Below, piece after piece: positions 38,637-50,759 of a stretch of DNA of 64,000 bases. The DNA comes from Mobula hypostoma (lineage: Eukaryota). Below the pieces are notes generated by a model, which was given only the letters and a program-made list of their open reading frames with translations, was not told where the DNA came from and made no database searches. Position 1 is the stretch's first letter; each line of letters starts with the position of its first letter. The translations under genes were made by a program, and so were the position numbers. The stretch is taken from the NCBI RefSeq assembly GCF_963921235.1, contig NC_086097.1, positions 178,004,001 through 178,068,000 on the forward strand, written 5' to 3'.

Positions 38637-41600
38637 AGGCACGACTGTGCAAGCGCATGGATGTCAGCGAGCTAGACTGGCGGGTAGGATTTAAAAGACA
38701 GTTTTTTCCTCAGCAGTTTGATCAAGGCACGACTGCACAAGCACGTGGATGTCAGCGAGTCAGACCGGCGGGAAGGATTTAAAAGAAGACAGCTTTATAG
38801 CGCGGGCAATGGAAGAGCGAGCGACAGAGTAGGAGGGCTTTGGTTCAATGGGGCTTCGGCAATAATGGGTCGAGGCGAGGTATGTTACCCGTGTAGAATA
38901 GAAACATGAAGCATGTCTGTGAGGCCGGTGTTCTGTCCAGGGTGTCACATGTGGGGAAGTCTGGGAGACACCCAGCCTCCCGGACAGCCACATCTGTGCC
39001 GGGTGCGTCGAGCTGCAGCTCGATGACCTTCATCTGGTCAGGGAAAGTGAAGAGGTGATAGAGAGGAGTTATAGGCAAGTAGTCACACCGGGGCCTCGGG
39101 AGACAGATAAGTGGGTAACAGTCGGGAGAGGGAAGGGCAAGAGTCAGATACGAGAGAGTACCCTTGTGGCTGTCCCCTGAACAACAAGTACTCCAGTTTA
39201 AGTACTGTTGGGGGGGAACGACTTACCTGGGGGAAGCAGCAGTGGCTGTGCCTCCAGCACAGAGTCCGGCCCTGTGGCTCACAAGGGTAGGGAAAGAAAT
39301 GGCAGCAGTGATAGAGGACTCTATAGTTTGGGGGTCAGACAGTCGATTCTGTGGACATAGGAAACAAATGCAGATGGTAGCTTGCCTCACAGGTTACAGG
39401 GTCTGGGATGTTTCTGATCGCGTCCACAATATCCTGAAGTGGGAAGGTGAACAGCCAGAGGTCGTGGTACATATTGGTACCAATGACATAGGTAGGAAAA
39501 TAGAGGAGGTCCTGAAAGCAAACTACAGGGAGTTAAGAAGGAAGTTGAAAAGCAGGACCTCAAAGGTAGTGATCTCAGGATTACTACCTGTGCTATGCGA
39601 TAGTGAGTATAGGAATAGAGTGAGGTGGAGGACAAATGGAGCAGGGGGTAGGGATTCAGATTTCAGGATCAGTGGGACCTCTTTTGGTTCAGGCACAACC
39701 TGTACAAAATGGACGGATTGCACTGAATCCAAGGGGGATGGATTGCACTGAATCCTGGCAGGGAGGTTTGCTAAAGCTACTGAGGAGAGTTTAACCTAGA
39801 ATTGCTGGGGTGTGGGAACTGAACTGAAGGGGCGGTTGGCTCACAAATAGAGAAAGCTTGTAGGCAGTGTGAGAGGGAGGATAGGCAGGTGATAACAAAG
39901 GGATGTGCTCAGACTGATGGTGTGAGATGTGTCTATTTTAATGCAAGCATCATGAACAAAGCAGATGAGCTTAGAGCATGGATCAGTACTTGGAGCTATG
40001 ATGTTGTGGCCAATACAGGGATGGCTGAAGGGCAGAAATGGTTACTTTTGAGTGCCAGGCTTTAGATGTTTCAGAAAACAGGGAGGAAGGCAAAAGAGGT
40101 GGGGGCGTGTCACTGCTGATCAGAGATAGTTTCACGGCTGCAGAAAAGGAGGAAGTCACGGAGGGTGGAAGTTAGGAACAGGAAGGGGCCAATAACTCTA
40201 CTGGGTGTTGTTTTTTTTATATATATAGACCACCCAATAGTAACATGGACATTGAGGAACAGATAGGGAGACAGATTCTGGAAAGGTGTAATAATAACAG
40301 GGTTGTCATGGTGGGAGATTTTAATTTCCCCAATATCGATTGGGCATCTTCCTAGAGCAAGGGGTTTAGATGGGGTGGAGTTTGTTGGGTGTGTGCAGGA
40401 AGGTTTCCTGACACACTATGTAGATAAGCCTACAAGAGGAGAGGCTGTACTTGATCTGGTACTGGGAAATGAACCTGGTCAGGTGTCAGGGAGAGCATTT
40501 TGGAAATATGGATCATAATTCTATCTCCTTTACCATAGCATTGGAAAGGGATAGGAACAGACAAGTTAGGAAAGTGTTTAATTGGAGTAAGGGAAACTAT
40601 AAGGCTATCAGGCAGAAACTTGGAAGCATAAATCGGGAACAGATATTTTCAGGGAAATGTACGGCAGAATGTGGCAAACGTTCAGGAGATATTTGCAAGC
40701 CGTTTTGCATAGGTACATTCCAATGCAACCAGATGGTAGGGTCCAGGAACCTTGGTGTACAAAGGCTGTTGAAAATCTAGTCAAGAAAAGAAAGGTTCAA
40801 AAAAACTAGGTAACGATAGAGATCTAGAAAATTATAAGGCAAGTAGGAAGGAGCTTAAGAATGAAATTAGGAGAGCCAGAAGGGGCCATGAGAAGGCCTT
40901 GGTGAGCATGATTAAGGAAAACCCCCCAAGGCATTCTATAAGTATGTGAAGAGCAAGAGGATAAGACATGAGAGAATAGGACCAATCAATTGTGACAGTG
41001 GTAAAGTGTGTATGGAACCAGGAGATAGCCAAGATACTTAATGAATACTTTGCTTCAGTATTCACTATGGAAAAGGACAATGGTGATTGTAGGGATGACT
41101 TGCAGTGGACAGAAAAGTTTGAGAATGTAGATATTAAGAACGAGGATGTGCTGGAGCTTTTGGAAAGCATCAAGTTGGATGTGTCACCGGGACCGGACGA
41201 GATATAGCCCAGGCTACTGTGGGAGGTGAGGGAGGAGATTGCTGAGCCTCTGGCAATGATCTTTGCATCATCAATGGGGACGGGAGAGGTTCCGGAGGAT
41301 TGGAGGGTTGCAGATGTTGTTCCCTTATTCAAGAAAGGGAGTAGAGATAGCCCAGGAAATTATAGACCCGTGAGCCTTACTTCAGTGGTTGGTAAGTTGA
41401 TGGAGAAGACCCTGCGAGGCAGGATTTATGAACATTTGGAGAGGCATAATATGATTAGGAATGGTCAGCATGGCTTTGTCAAAGGCAGGTCGTGCCTTAC
41501 AAGCCTGACTGAATTTTTTGAGAATGTGACTAAACACATTGATGAAGGCAGAGCAGTAGATGTAGTGTATATGGATTTCAGCAAGGCATTTGATAAGGTA

Positions 41601-42730
41601 CACTATGCAAGGCTTATTGAGAAAGTAAGGAGGTATGGGATCCAAGGGGTCCTTGCTTTGTAGATCCAGAATTGGCTGGCTCACAGAAAGCAAAGAGTGG
41701 GGGTAGACAGATCATATTCTGCATGGAGGTCAGAGTAACGTGCCTCAGGGATCTGTTCTGGGACACTTACTCTTAGTGATTTTTATAAATGACCTGGATG
41801 AGGAAGTGGAGGGATGGGTTAGTAAATTGCTGATGACACAAAGGTTGGGGGTGTTGTGGATAGTGTGGAGGGTTGTCAGAGGTTGCAGTGGGACATCAAC
41901 AGGATGCAAAACTGGGCTGAGAAGTGGCAGATGGAGTTCAACCCAGGTAAGTGTGAGGTGGTTCATTTTGGTAGGTCAAATATGATGGCAGAATATAGTA
42001 TTAATGGTAAGACTCTTGGCAGTGTGGAGGATCAGCAGGATCTTGGGGTCCGAGTCCATAGGACATTCAAATCTGCTGTGCAGGTTGACTGTATGGTTAA
42101 GAAGGCATACGGTGCATTGGCCTTCATCAACCGTGGGATTGAGTTTAAGAGTTGAGAGGTAATGTTACAGCTTTATAGGACCCTGGTCAGACCCCACTTG
42201 GAGTACTGTACTTAGTTCTGGTCACCTCACTACAGGAAGGACGTGGAAACCATAGAAAGGGCGCAGAGGAGAATTCCAAGGATGTTTCCTGAATTGGGGA
42301 GCATGCCCTATGAGAATAGGTTGAGTGAACTTAGCCTTTCTCCTTGGAGCCACGGAGGATGAGAGGTGACCTGATAGAGGTGTACAAGATGATGAGAGGC
42401 ATTGATTGTGTAGATAGTCAAAGGCTTTTTCCCAGGGCTGAAATGGCTAACATGAGAGGGCACAATTTTAAGGTGCTTGAAAGTAGATTCAGAGGAGATG
42501 TCTGGGTAAGTTTTTTTTTAAAAAACGCAGAGGGAGGTGAGTGCATGCTGACGATGGTGGTGGAGGTGGATATGATAGGGTCTTTTAAGAGACTCCTGGA
42601 TAGATACACGGAGCTTAGAAAAATAGAGGGCTGTGTGTACCCTAGGCAATTTCTAAAGTAAGTATACGTTTGGCACAACATTGTGGGCCAAAGGGCCTGT
42701 ATTGTGCTGTAGATTTTCTCTGTTTCTATG
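38637..42730 (+). mobile_element. Near-full-length CR1 LINE (5' UTR repeats, ORF1 zinc-finger/SGNH esterase, ORF2 endonuclease and RT), inactivated
   Basis: ORF1 C..C.MWE..HIC..C and DSIV..VVVHIGTND; ORF2 [36 protein letters not shown] and RGDLIEVYK; 3' tail at ~42730; several stops and frameshifts. Confidence 0.93.
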
Positions 42731-42970
42731 ACTCAGCATTTAGAATTTGTTGTTCTACAGCATAGACAATGCCCATATCTCTCCATTCTCGGCATAAACA
42801 TGAGCCCATCTAAGAGCCTCTTTAACACCTCCATCGTATTTGCCACCATTGCCACTCCTGGCACCCACTACTCATATTTTCTAAAAAAACTTGCCCAACC
42901 ATCTCTTTTGAATTTAACCCCTCTCATTTTTAAGATGAACTTACATACCCACCCCTTAAATGTATGCCCT

Positions 42971-43220
42971 TGTGGCGGCCTACACATGCAGGCCTCGAAC
43001 CGCCATCGGGAGCCACGGGCAGACACACGGTAGCGTGTTTGGAATTACCCGCTCGGGCGGACCTTCCGGGGACAGTCTGACGTCACGTACGCCCCGCGGG
43101 TCGCAGGGGCCCACGGGAGGGGAGATTTAAGCACCCGATTTTGAATCGGTGAAGGCATTCTGAGTTCAGCTCTCTCTGCCTCTGTGTATTTCTTTAGTAG
43201 CACGTTTGCGCGCGACTACA
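42971..43220 (+). repeat. Gypsy 5' LTR
   Basis: 250-bp direct repeat of 46679-46926. Confidence 0.95.
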
Positions 43221-43221
43221 T

Positions 43222-43236
43222 TAGTGACCCCGACGT
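43222..43236 (+). promoter_or_regulatory. Primer binding site, tRNA-Trp type
   Basis: TAGTGACCCCGACGT, one mismatch to TGGTGACCCCGACGT (complement of the tRNA-Trp 3' end), 1 nt after the 5' LTR. Confidence 0.85.
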
Positions 43237-43925
43237 TCCAGACAGCATCTGGAGCCGGCGATTCAGCGACCAGCCATCAGTTCCAGCACCTCACACAGCG
43301 CGGTCTCTGAAGCTCCCGACTTTCTGGGCCACTCAGCCCCACATTTGGTTCAAGCAGGCTGAGGCCCAGTTCAATATCAGAGACATTACAGCCGACGCCA
43401 AGCGGCACTACTACGTGGTCAGCACGCTGGACCAGGAGACAGCAGGCCAAATCATCGACTTCCTATGCCAGCCACCAACGGAGGACAGGTACACTAAGCT
43501 TAAGGTGCTCCTGATCTGTACCTTCGGACTCTCCCACCGCAAACAGGCCGCGCGGCTCCTACACATGGACGGCCTGGGTGACCGCACGCCATCCAAGCTC
43601 ATGAATGATATGCTGGCGCTCATGGACGGCCATAAGCTGTGCCTTTTGAACAGTTGTTCCTCGAGCAAATGCCAGAGGACATTCGCCTCCTCCTCGCAAG
43701 TGAGGATTTCAGCGACCCAGGCAGGGTCGCGGCCAAAGCAGACGTCCTTTGGCAGAGCAAGCAACGTGGAGCAGCCTCCATTGACCTAGCCACAAAGCCC
43801 AGGCCCCACAACCGAAGCCGTCGAGACCCACGGGGGAAAAAGACGAAAGTTCAGAACAACGGTGTTTCTATCACCAAAGATGGGGCTCAGGTGCGCGCCG
43901 CTGCTGTCCACCATGTGCTTTTCCG

Positions 43926-44582
43926 GGAGACCCCGCTGAACACCTACGCTCTGTCCGCCAGAGAAAGCAGGATCTCCCAGTGGCCACACATTTTAATTCC
44001 ACGTCCCATTCCCATTCTGATATGTCTATCCACGGCCTCCTCTACTGTAAAGATGAAGCCACACTCAGGTTGGAGGAACAACACCTTATATTCCGTCTGG
44101 GTAGCCTCCAACCTGATGGCATGAAGATTGCCTTCTCAAACTTCCGCTAATGCCCACTTCCCCCTCGTACCCCATCCGTTATTTATTTATTTATATACAC
44201 ACACATTCTTCTTCTCTCTCTCCTTTTTCTCCCTCTGTCCCTCTCACTATACCCCTTGCCCATCCTCTGGGCTTCCCCCCCCTTTCCTTTCTCCCTAGGC
44301 CTCCTGTTCCATGATCCTCTCATATCCCTTTTGCCAATCACCTGTCCAGCTCTTGGCTCCATCCCTCCCCCTCCTGTCTTCTCCTATCATTTCGGATCTC
44401 CCCCTCCCCCTTCCACTTTCAAATCTCTTACCAACTCTTCTTTCAGTTAGTCCTGACGAAGGGTCTCGGCCCGAAACGTCGACTGTACCTCTTCCTCGAG
44501 ATGCTGCCTGGTCTGCTGCGTTCACTAGCAACTTTTATGTGGGTTGCTTGAAATTCCAGCATCTGCAGATTTCCTCGTGTTT
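43926..44582 (+). mobile_element. Penelope-like element 3' end inserted into the Gypsy gag-pol junction
   Basis: Highly similar to 1585-2240 (GIY-YIG C-terminus, pyrimidine tract, terminal repeat). Confidence 0.9.
44449..44484 (+). ncRNA. Minimal type I hammerhead ribozyme motif, best-preserved copy
   Basis: AGTC-CTGACGA-A-GGGT-ctcg-GCCC-GAAAC-GTC-GACT; predicted cleavage after GUC at 44480. Confidence 0.75.
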
Positions 44583-46662
44583 TCGTTTTCAATTACTTGG
44601 ACGATATCCTGGTGGCCAGCAGTTCGTACCAAGCGCACATGGCACATTTGCGCCAGCTCTGCCAACACCTGAGCGACCACGGACTGGCAATCAATCCGGC
44701 GAAGTGCCTGTTCGGGCTGACAGAGATCGACTTCTTGGGCCACAGAGTCAACCGACATGGCGAAGTTCCCCTACTGGACAAGGTCCAGGCCATCCGCCAG
44801 TTCCCCAAGCCCAGCCCGGTCAAGGGCTTGCAGGAGTTCGTAGGGATGGTCAACTTTTATCATCGGTTCGTGCTGGTGGCGGCACGCATCATGAGACCCT
44901 TGTTCAGCCTGATGGCCGGCAAGGCCAAAGAAGTGGCACGGGACGCGGAGTCCACGGAGGCGTTCGAGCAGGCCAAGGAGGCGCTGGCAAAGGCGGCCCT
45001 CCTAGTGCATCTGGGAGTCAATGTACCCAAGGCACTCACAGTCGACACTTCCCACATGGCAGTCAGCGGAGTCCTGGAGCAGCTCGTCGAGGACCAGTGA
45101 CGACCACTCACTTTCTTCAGCCGGCACCTACGGCCACCAGAGGTGAAGTACAGTGCCTTCAACAGAGAGTTGCTAGCGCTCTACCTGGCTGTCCAGCATT
45201 TCCGGTACTTCCTCAGGGGAAGGGAGTTCACCGTGTATACGGACCACAAGCCCCTCACCTTTGCACTGGCCAAGGTATCGGACCCATGGTCAGCTCAGCA
45301 GCAGAGGCAGCTGTCCTTTATTTCAGAATTCACCACGGACATCCGCCACATCGCAGGGAAGAACAACGTCGTCGCCGACACACTGTCGCAGCCCTGCCTC
45401 CACTCAGTAGGCATATCGACCTCAGGAATAGACTACGCAGCACTGGCGGAAGCACAATGGTCAGACACCAAGATCCCGGCTTACCGCACCGCCATTTCGG
45501 GGCTCCAGTTGGAGGACGTCTCCATCGGCCCAGCAGCAGATCGACTCCTGTGCGATGTGTCTATCGGCAAACCCCGACCCGTGGTACCAGCAGCATGGAG
45601 GCGCTGGGTGTTCGACACGCTGCACGACCTGGCCCACCCGTCCATCCGGGCATCTATCAAGCTGGTAGCAGACGGATTTGTCTGGCACGGTTTGCGCAGA
45701 CAGGTCGGACACTGGGCCAGGACCTGCGTACACTGCCAGACCGCCAACGTCCAGCGGCACGTGAAGGCTCCCCTCCAGCAGTTCCAGCCGACGCACAGGA
45801 GGTTCCAACACATCCACGTGGACACCGTCGGCCCCCTGCCAGGTAAATCTTTACCATGGTAGACAGGTTCACCAGATGGCCGGAGGCCGTACCGCTCGCA
45901 GACACGTCCACTGAGTCCTGCGCCTGGACGCTCATTGCAAACTGGATCGCCAGGTTCGGCCTCCCAATGGACATCACCTCCGACAGAGGGGCGCAGTTCA
46001 CATCTGGTTTGTGGACAGCACTGGCGCAGCTCCCGGGCACCCAGTTGCATCACACCACAGCGTACCATCCCCAGTCCAACGGTCTGGTAGAGCGATTCCA
46101 CTGACATCTCAAGTCTGCCCTGATGATGCGCCTCAGGGCCCCCAACTGGACAGACGAGCTTCCCTAGGTCCTACTGGGCATCCGTACAGCCCCCAAAGAG
46201 GACCTGGACACCTCCTCGGCAGAATTGGTCTACGGCACCCCCGACAGTCCCAGGCGAGTTCGTACCAGAGGCCCGAGGTTCGGAAGAAACTCCAGCAGCG
46301 GTGCTAACGAGGCTGCGGGACAAGGTAGGGACCCTGGCACCGGTCCCAAGCTCCAGGCATGGTCCCACACCATCCTTCTCCCCTAAAGACCTCTGAGACT
46401 GTGAGTATGTTTTTATTCGCAGGGGCATGTACAGGTCACCTCTACAGGGGCCGTACGAGGGACCCTTCAAGGTGATCCGGCACAACGGAACCACGTGTGT
46501 TGTGGAGGTGGGTGGCTGGGAAGGGACTTTTACAGTGGACCGCTTCAAACCAGCACACTTGGACATTGAGCAACCAGTGAGGGTACCCGCACCGCACTGG
46601 TGATGCCGGCCACCCAGTCAGGCCACACAGACTGGGGGCTCCACTCCCCCGATGGACGTCTC

Positions 46663-46926
46663 GGGGGGGGGGGGGCGGTGTGTCGGCCCACACAAGGACT
46701 CGAACTGCCATCGGGAGCCGCAGGCAGACACGTGGTAGTGCGTGTGGAACTACTCGCTCGGGGCAGACTTTCCGGGGACAGTCTGACGTCCCGTCCGCCC
46801 CGTGGGTCGCAGGGGCCCACGGGAGGGGAGATATAAGCACGCGATTTTGAATCAGTAAAGGCATTCTGAGTACAGCTCTCTCTGCCTCCGTGTGTTTCTT
46901 TAGTAGCGCGTTTGTGCGTGACTACA
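46663..46926 (+). repeat. Polypurine tract and Gypsy 3' LTR
   Basis: G-run 46663-46678, then the LTR with a TATAA-like box (gatataag) and an AGTAAA signal. Confidence 0.93.
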
Positions 46927-47884
46927 CCCTCTAGTTTTCAGGTTTATGGTTCGAAAGTTCAAAGTTACCATATACTTTCCTGAGATCCTTTTTCTTGCAG
47001 ATACTTAAAGAAATACAAATGGATTTATGGGAAACAATACATAAAGAAAGACTGACAAACAACTGTTGTAAAAAAGACAATCTGCAAATACATAAAAATA
47101 ATACAGAGAACATGAACTGTAAAGAGCCTGCACGATAGTGCAAATGCTAGTATAATGCTTTACAGAACCAATGATCTGGGCTTAATTCCCACCACTGGCT
47201 GTAAGAATTTTGTATGTTCTCACTATGACCACATGGGCTTCCTCCAGGGGCTCTGGTTTCCTCCCATACTCCAAAGACGTAGGGGTTGGTGTTAATATGT
47301 AGTGGGCATGCTATGCAGGCACCAGAAGCATGGCAACATTTGCCAGCTGCCCACAGCACATATTTGGACTGTGTTGGTTGATGTTGCAAACAACACATTT
47401 CACTGTATGTTTTGATAATTTGATGAACATGTGACAAATAAAACTAATCTTTAGTCACCACTACACTTGTTCAGAAGCTGCTGAAAGTTAAAAGAATCTG
47501 AGTAATTTTAGCATGGAAGGAAGTTATATAGTTCAAGCAAGTCCATATTTGCTCAATGCAAGAGCAATGTAGCTCACTCTGGTCCCCCAGCCTTTTCCCC
47601 AGAGCCCTGAAAATTCTTTTCTTTCAGATAATTATACAGCTCCCTATTGAACAGTGCAATTGAATCCACCGCAGCTCTTGCCCCCTGGCATTGCATTCCA
47701 GTCGTGAACCCAATCAATGCAGGAATTACTACATAGCAGAATACATTCACTGCAGCATAGAGAAAGATACTACAGATCAGTCTGTTTAACCTCTGAGGTG
47801 GGGAATGTTCTAGAAACAAGCAGGGGCAGATTTAGCAGTTATTTGGATTTGGAGTCAAGAGTTATACAGCGAATAAACAAGCCC

Positions 47885-49082
47885 GAGCAACACACGCAAA
47901 ATGCTGGAGGAACTCAGCAGGCTAGGCAGCATCGGCGGGACTGAAGAAAAAAAACTGAGGAGTAGATTTTAAAAGCTGGGGGGAGGGGAGAGAGAAACAC
48001 AAGGTGACAGGTGAAACATGGAGGGGGGAAGGATGATGTAAAGAGCTGGGAAGTTGATTGGTGAAAAAGGCAGGCCATGGAAGACAGAAAAAGTGGGAAG
48101 GAGCACCCGAGGAAGGTGATGGGTGGGCAAGGAGATGAAGTGAGAGACAGAAAAAGGGATGGAAAATGGATAGGGTTGGGGGGGGGGGGGCGGCATTACC
48201 AGAAATTTGAGAAATCGATGTTCATACCACCAGGTTGGAGGTACCCAAACAAAATATAAGGTGTTGTTCCTACAGCCTCAGTGTGGCCTCGTCACGATAG
48301 TGGAGAGGCCATGGATGGACATATCAGAATGAGAATAGGAAGTGGAATTAAAAAAGGTGGCCACTGGGAGATCCCGCTTTTTCTGGCGGATGGACCATAG
48401 GTGCTCAGCGAAGCGGTCTCCCAATCTACGTCAGGCCTCACCGATATACAGGAGGCCACACCAAGAGCACTGAACACAGTACACAACCCCAACAGACTCA
48501 CAGGTGAAGTGTTGCTTCACCCGGAACGACTACTTAGGGACCTGAATGGTAATGAGGGAGGAGGTATAGCACTTGTTCTGCTTGCAAGGATAAGTACTGA
48601 ATACAGTATATGACCCCAACACACAGAACATAGTATATGGGCCGAATAAGACTGCTGATGTGGCCTCCTGTATATCAGTTGATTGGTGAAAAAGACAAAG
48701 ACAGAAAAAGTGGGAAGAAGCACCCGAGGGAGGTAATGTCCACCTCGCTTCCTTCACCATTTCCCATCCCCTTTCCCCCCTCACCTTCTCCTTGCCCACC
48801 CATCGCCTCTCTCTGGTGCTCCTCCCCCCCTTTTCTTTTTTCCATGACCTTCTGTCTCTTTCGCTAATCAACTTCCCAGCTTGTTATTCCTCCATCAAGA
48901 TTTCAGCCATCACCTTGTGTTTCTCTCTCCCCTGCCCCCAATTTTTAAATCTACTCTTCAGCTTTTTTTTACTCCAGTCCTGCCGAAGGGCTTTGGCCCG
49001 AAGCTTTCGGCCTGCTGAGTTCCTCCAGCATTTTGTGTGTTGCTTGGATTTCCAGCATCCGCAGATTTTCTCATCTGTGACT
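47885..49082. mobile_element. Composite inverted PLE insertion
   Basis: Minus-strand terminal repeat plus GIY-YIG (47885-48590), filler, then a plus-strand terminal repeat (48745-49080); 14-bp TSD gaataaacaagccc at 47871-47884 and 49083-49096. Confidence 0.85.
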
Positions 49083-49883
49083 GAATAAACAAGCCCATAG
49101 GCCTGATTTGTCCATGCTGACCAAGCTGCTTATCTGAACAACACACACACAAAGTGCTGGAGGACGTTATCAAGTCAAGCAGCATCTATGAAGGGAAATT
49201 ATCTGTTGACATTTTGGACAAAGATCCTTTATGAGGACTGGACAGGAAGGGAAGCAGTTGCGAGAATAAGGTGGTGGGGGTGTGGAGTGGGTGGGAAACT
49301 ACTGGAAGTTGGAGAAATTGATATTCTTGCCATCAGGTTGGAGACAACCCAGATGGAATAAGATGTTGCTCCTCCAACCTGTGCTTGGTCTCATCATGGC
49401 AGCAGAGGCAGCCAAGGAGCTGGAAATGGAAACTCAGTGACGTACAAGATATGAGAGAGTGGTTTGCATTATTGATGGTATGGAAGCTGCAAGGTATTGG
49501 ATCGCAAGACCTTACATTAGATAGTAAAAACTGCTGAATCACTGGGGTCTCCCTCCCTTCTATTTGTGACATTTACCTGGAGCATTGTAGACAATGGGCC
49601 TAAAGCATTAACGATTCCTATCACCAAAAGGAAGGAAATCAGAAGCATCAGGGCTAGGACTGCCAGAATGGGTAACAAGCTTCTTCCCTCAGGCTGTGAG
49701 ACTAATGAATACCCTGCCATCACCAAGGTTTCATCACTAGGACAGTGAGCTGTTCACTGGACTATCGTAAACACGACGTCGTCTGTAGATGCTGGAAATC
49801 CAAAGCAACACATACAAAAATGCTGGAGGAACTCAGCAGGTCAGGCAGCATCTATGGAAATGAATAAACAGTTGACATTTCAA

Positions 49884-49921
49884 GCCAAGACCCTTCTTCA
49901 GTCCTGAAGAAGGGTCTTGGC
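49884..49921. repeat. Perfect 18-bp inverted repeat formed by two opposed PLE hammerhead segments
   Basis: gccaagacccttcttcag-tc-ctgaagaagggtcttggc. Confidence 0.9.
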
Positions 49922-50759
49922 CTAAAACATCGATTATCTATTCATATCCATCCTAATGCTATGGTACCTCGTCCCTGATGGTAGGGAGTCAAAGACTGTT
50001 AGATGGGAGGGAACACTGACAATCCTAAGGGCCCTGTGTTCGCAGTGCTCTGGATAAATACCTCTGATGGGCAGAAGAGAGATCCTGATGATCCTCTTAG
50101 CAATTCTCACAATCCTTTGTAGAGACTTGCAGTCAGATCGGGGGGGGGGGGGAGGGGGAGAAGGAAGCTTCCTTCGCTCCAGTCTCCACAGGAAGTGGAG
50201 ACACCTCTGTGCTTTCTTGACCAAAGAGGTGGTGTTGAGAGACCAGGTGAGGTCATCCACTATGGCACTACCAGAAACTTGATGCTCCTAACTCTCCCCA
50301 CGGAGTTTATGTGCAGTGAGCAGTGGTCAGCCTGCACATTCCTAAAGTCGACAATTATCTCTTCAGTATTGTCTACATTGAGACTCGAGTTGTGTGTTCG
50401 CACCATTCCACTAGCTGCTCCATCTCCTCTCTGTACACTGCCTCACTGTCATTGTTAATGAGGTCAATTAATGATGGAGCTAGAGATGTTTCTGCCACCA
50501 TGGGCAGACTGACCTTTGTTAGGAAGTCCAAGATCCAGCTATAGAGAATGTCTCCTTCCATGGTAAAATCCTGAACTAGGGATCACAGTCTTATAAAAAG
50601 CAACCTCCACCCCAGTTCAGACTGTTGAGACAATTCTGAGGTTTGTGCAGGCTTTGGAATCCTTCCTTGGTCACTGAATACTTTAAGGCATGGGGAATTA
50701 GACAGATTCTTGATAAGGATGGATAGATGGGTACACAGACATACTACTAGTCACCAGTG

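Larger units (their letters stand above)
42971..46926 (+). mobile_element. Ty3/Gypsy LTR retrotransposon with both LTRs, degenerate
   Basis: TG...CA LTRs at 42971-43220 and 46679-46926; TSD ccct at 42967-42970 and 46927-46930. Gag LKLPTFWATQPHIWF; RT YLDDIL; RNase H KYSAFNRELLA..TDHKPL; integrase H-H-C-C, TSDRGAQF, SNGLVERFH and GPYEGPF. Confidence 0.96.

Noticed and set aside
44311..45846. 511-aa ORF, the longest in the track
   Set aside because: Off-frame read through the PLE repeat and GC-rich Gypsy pol; the real RT/RNase H/integrase frame is 44597-45862.
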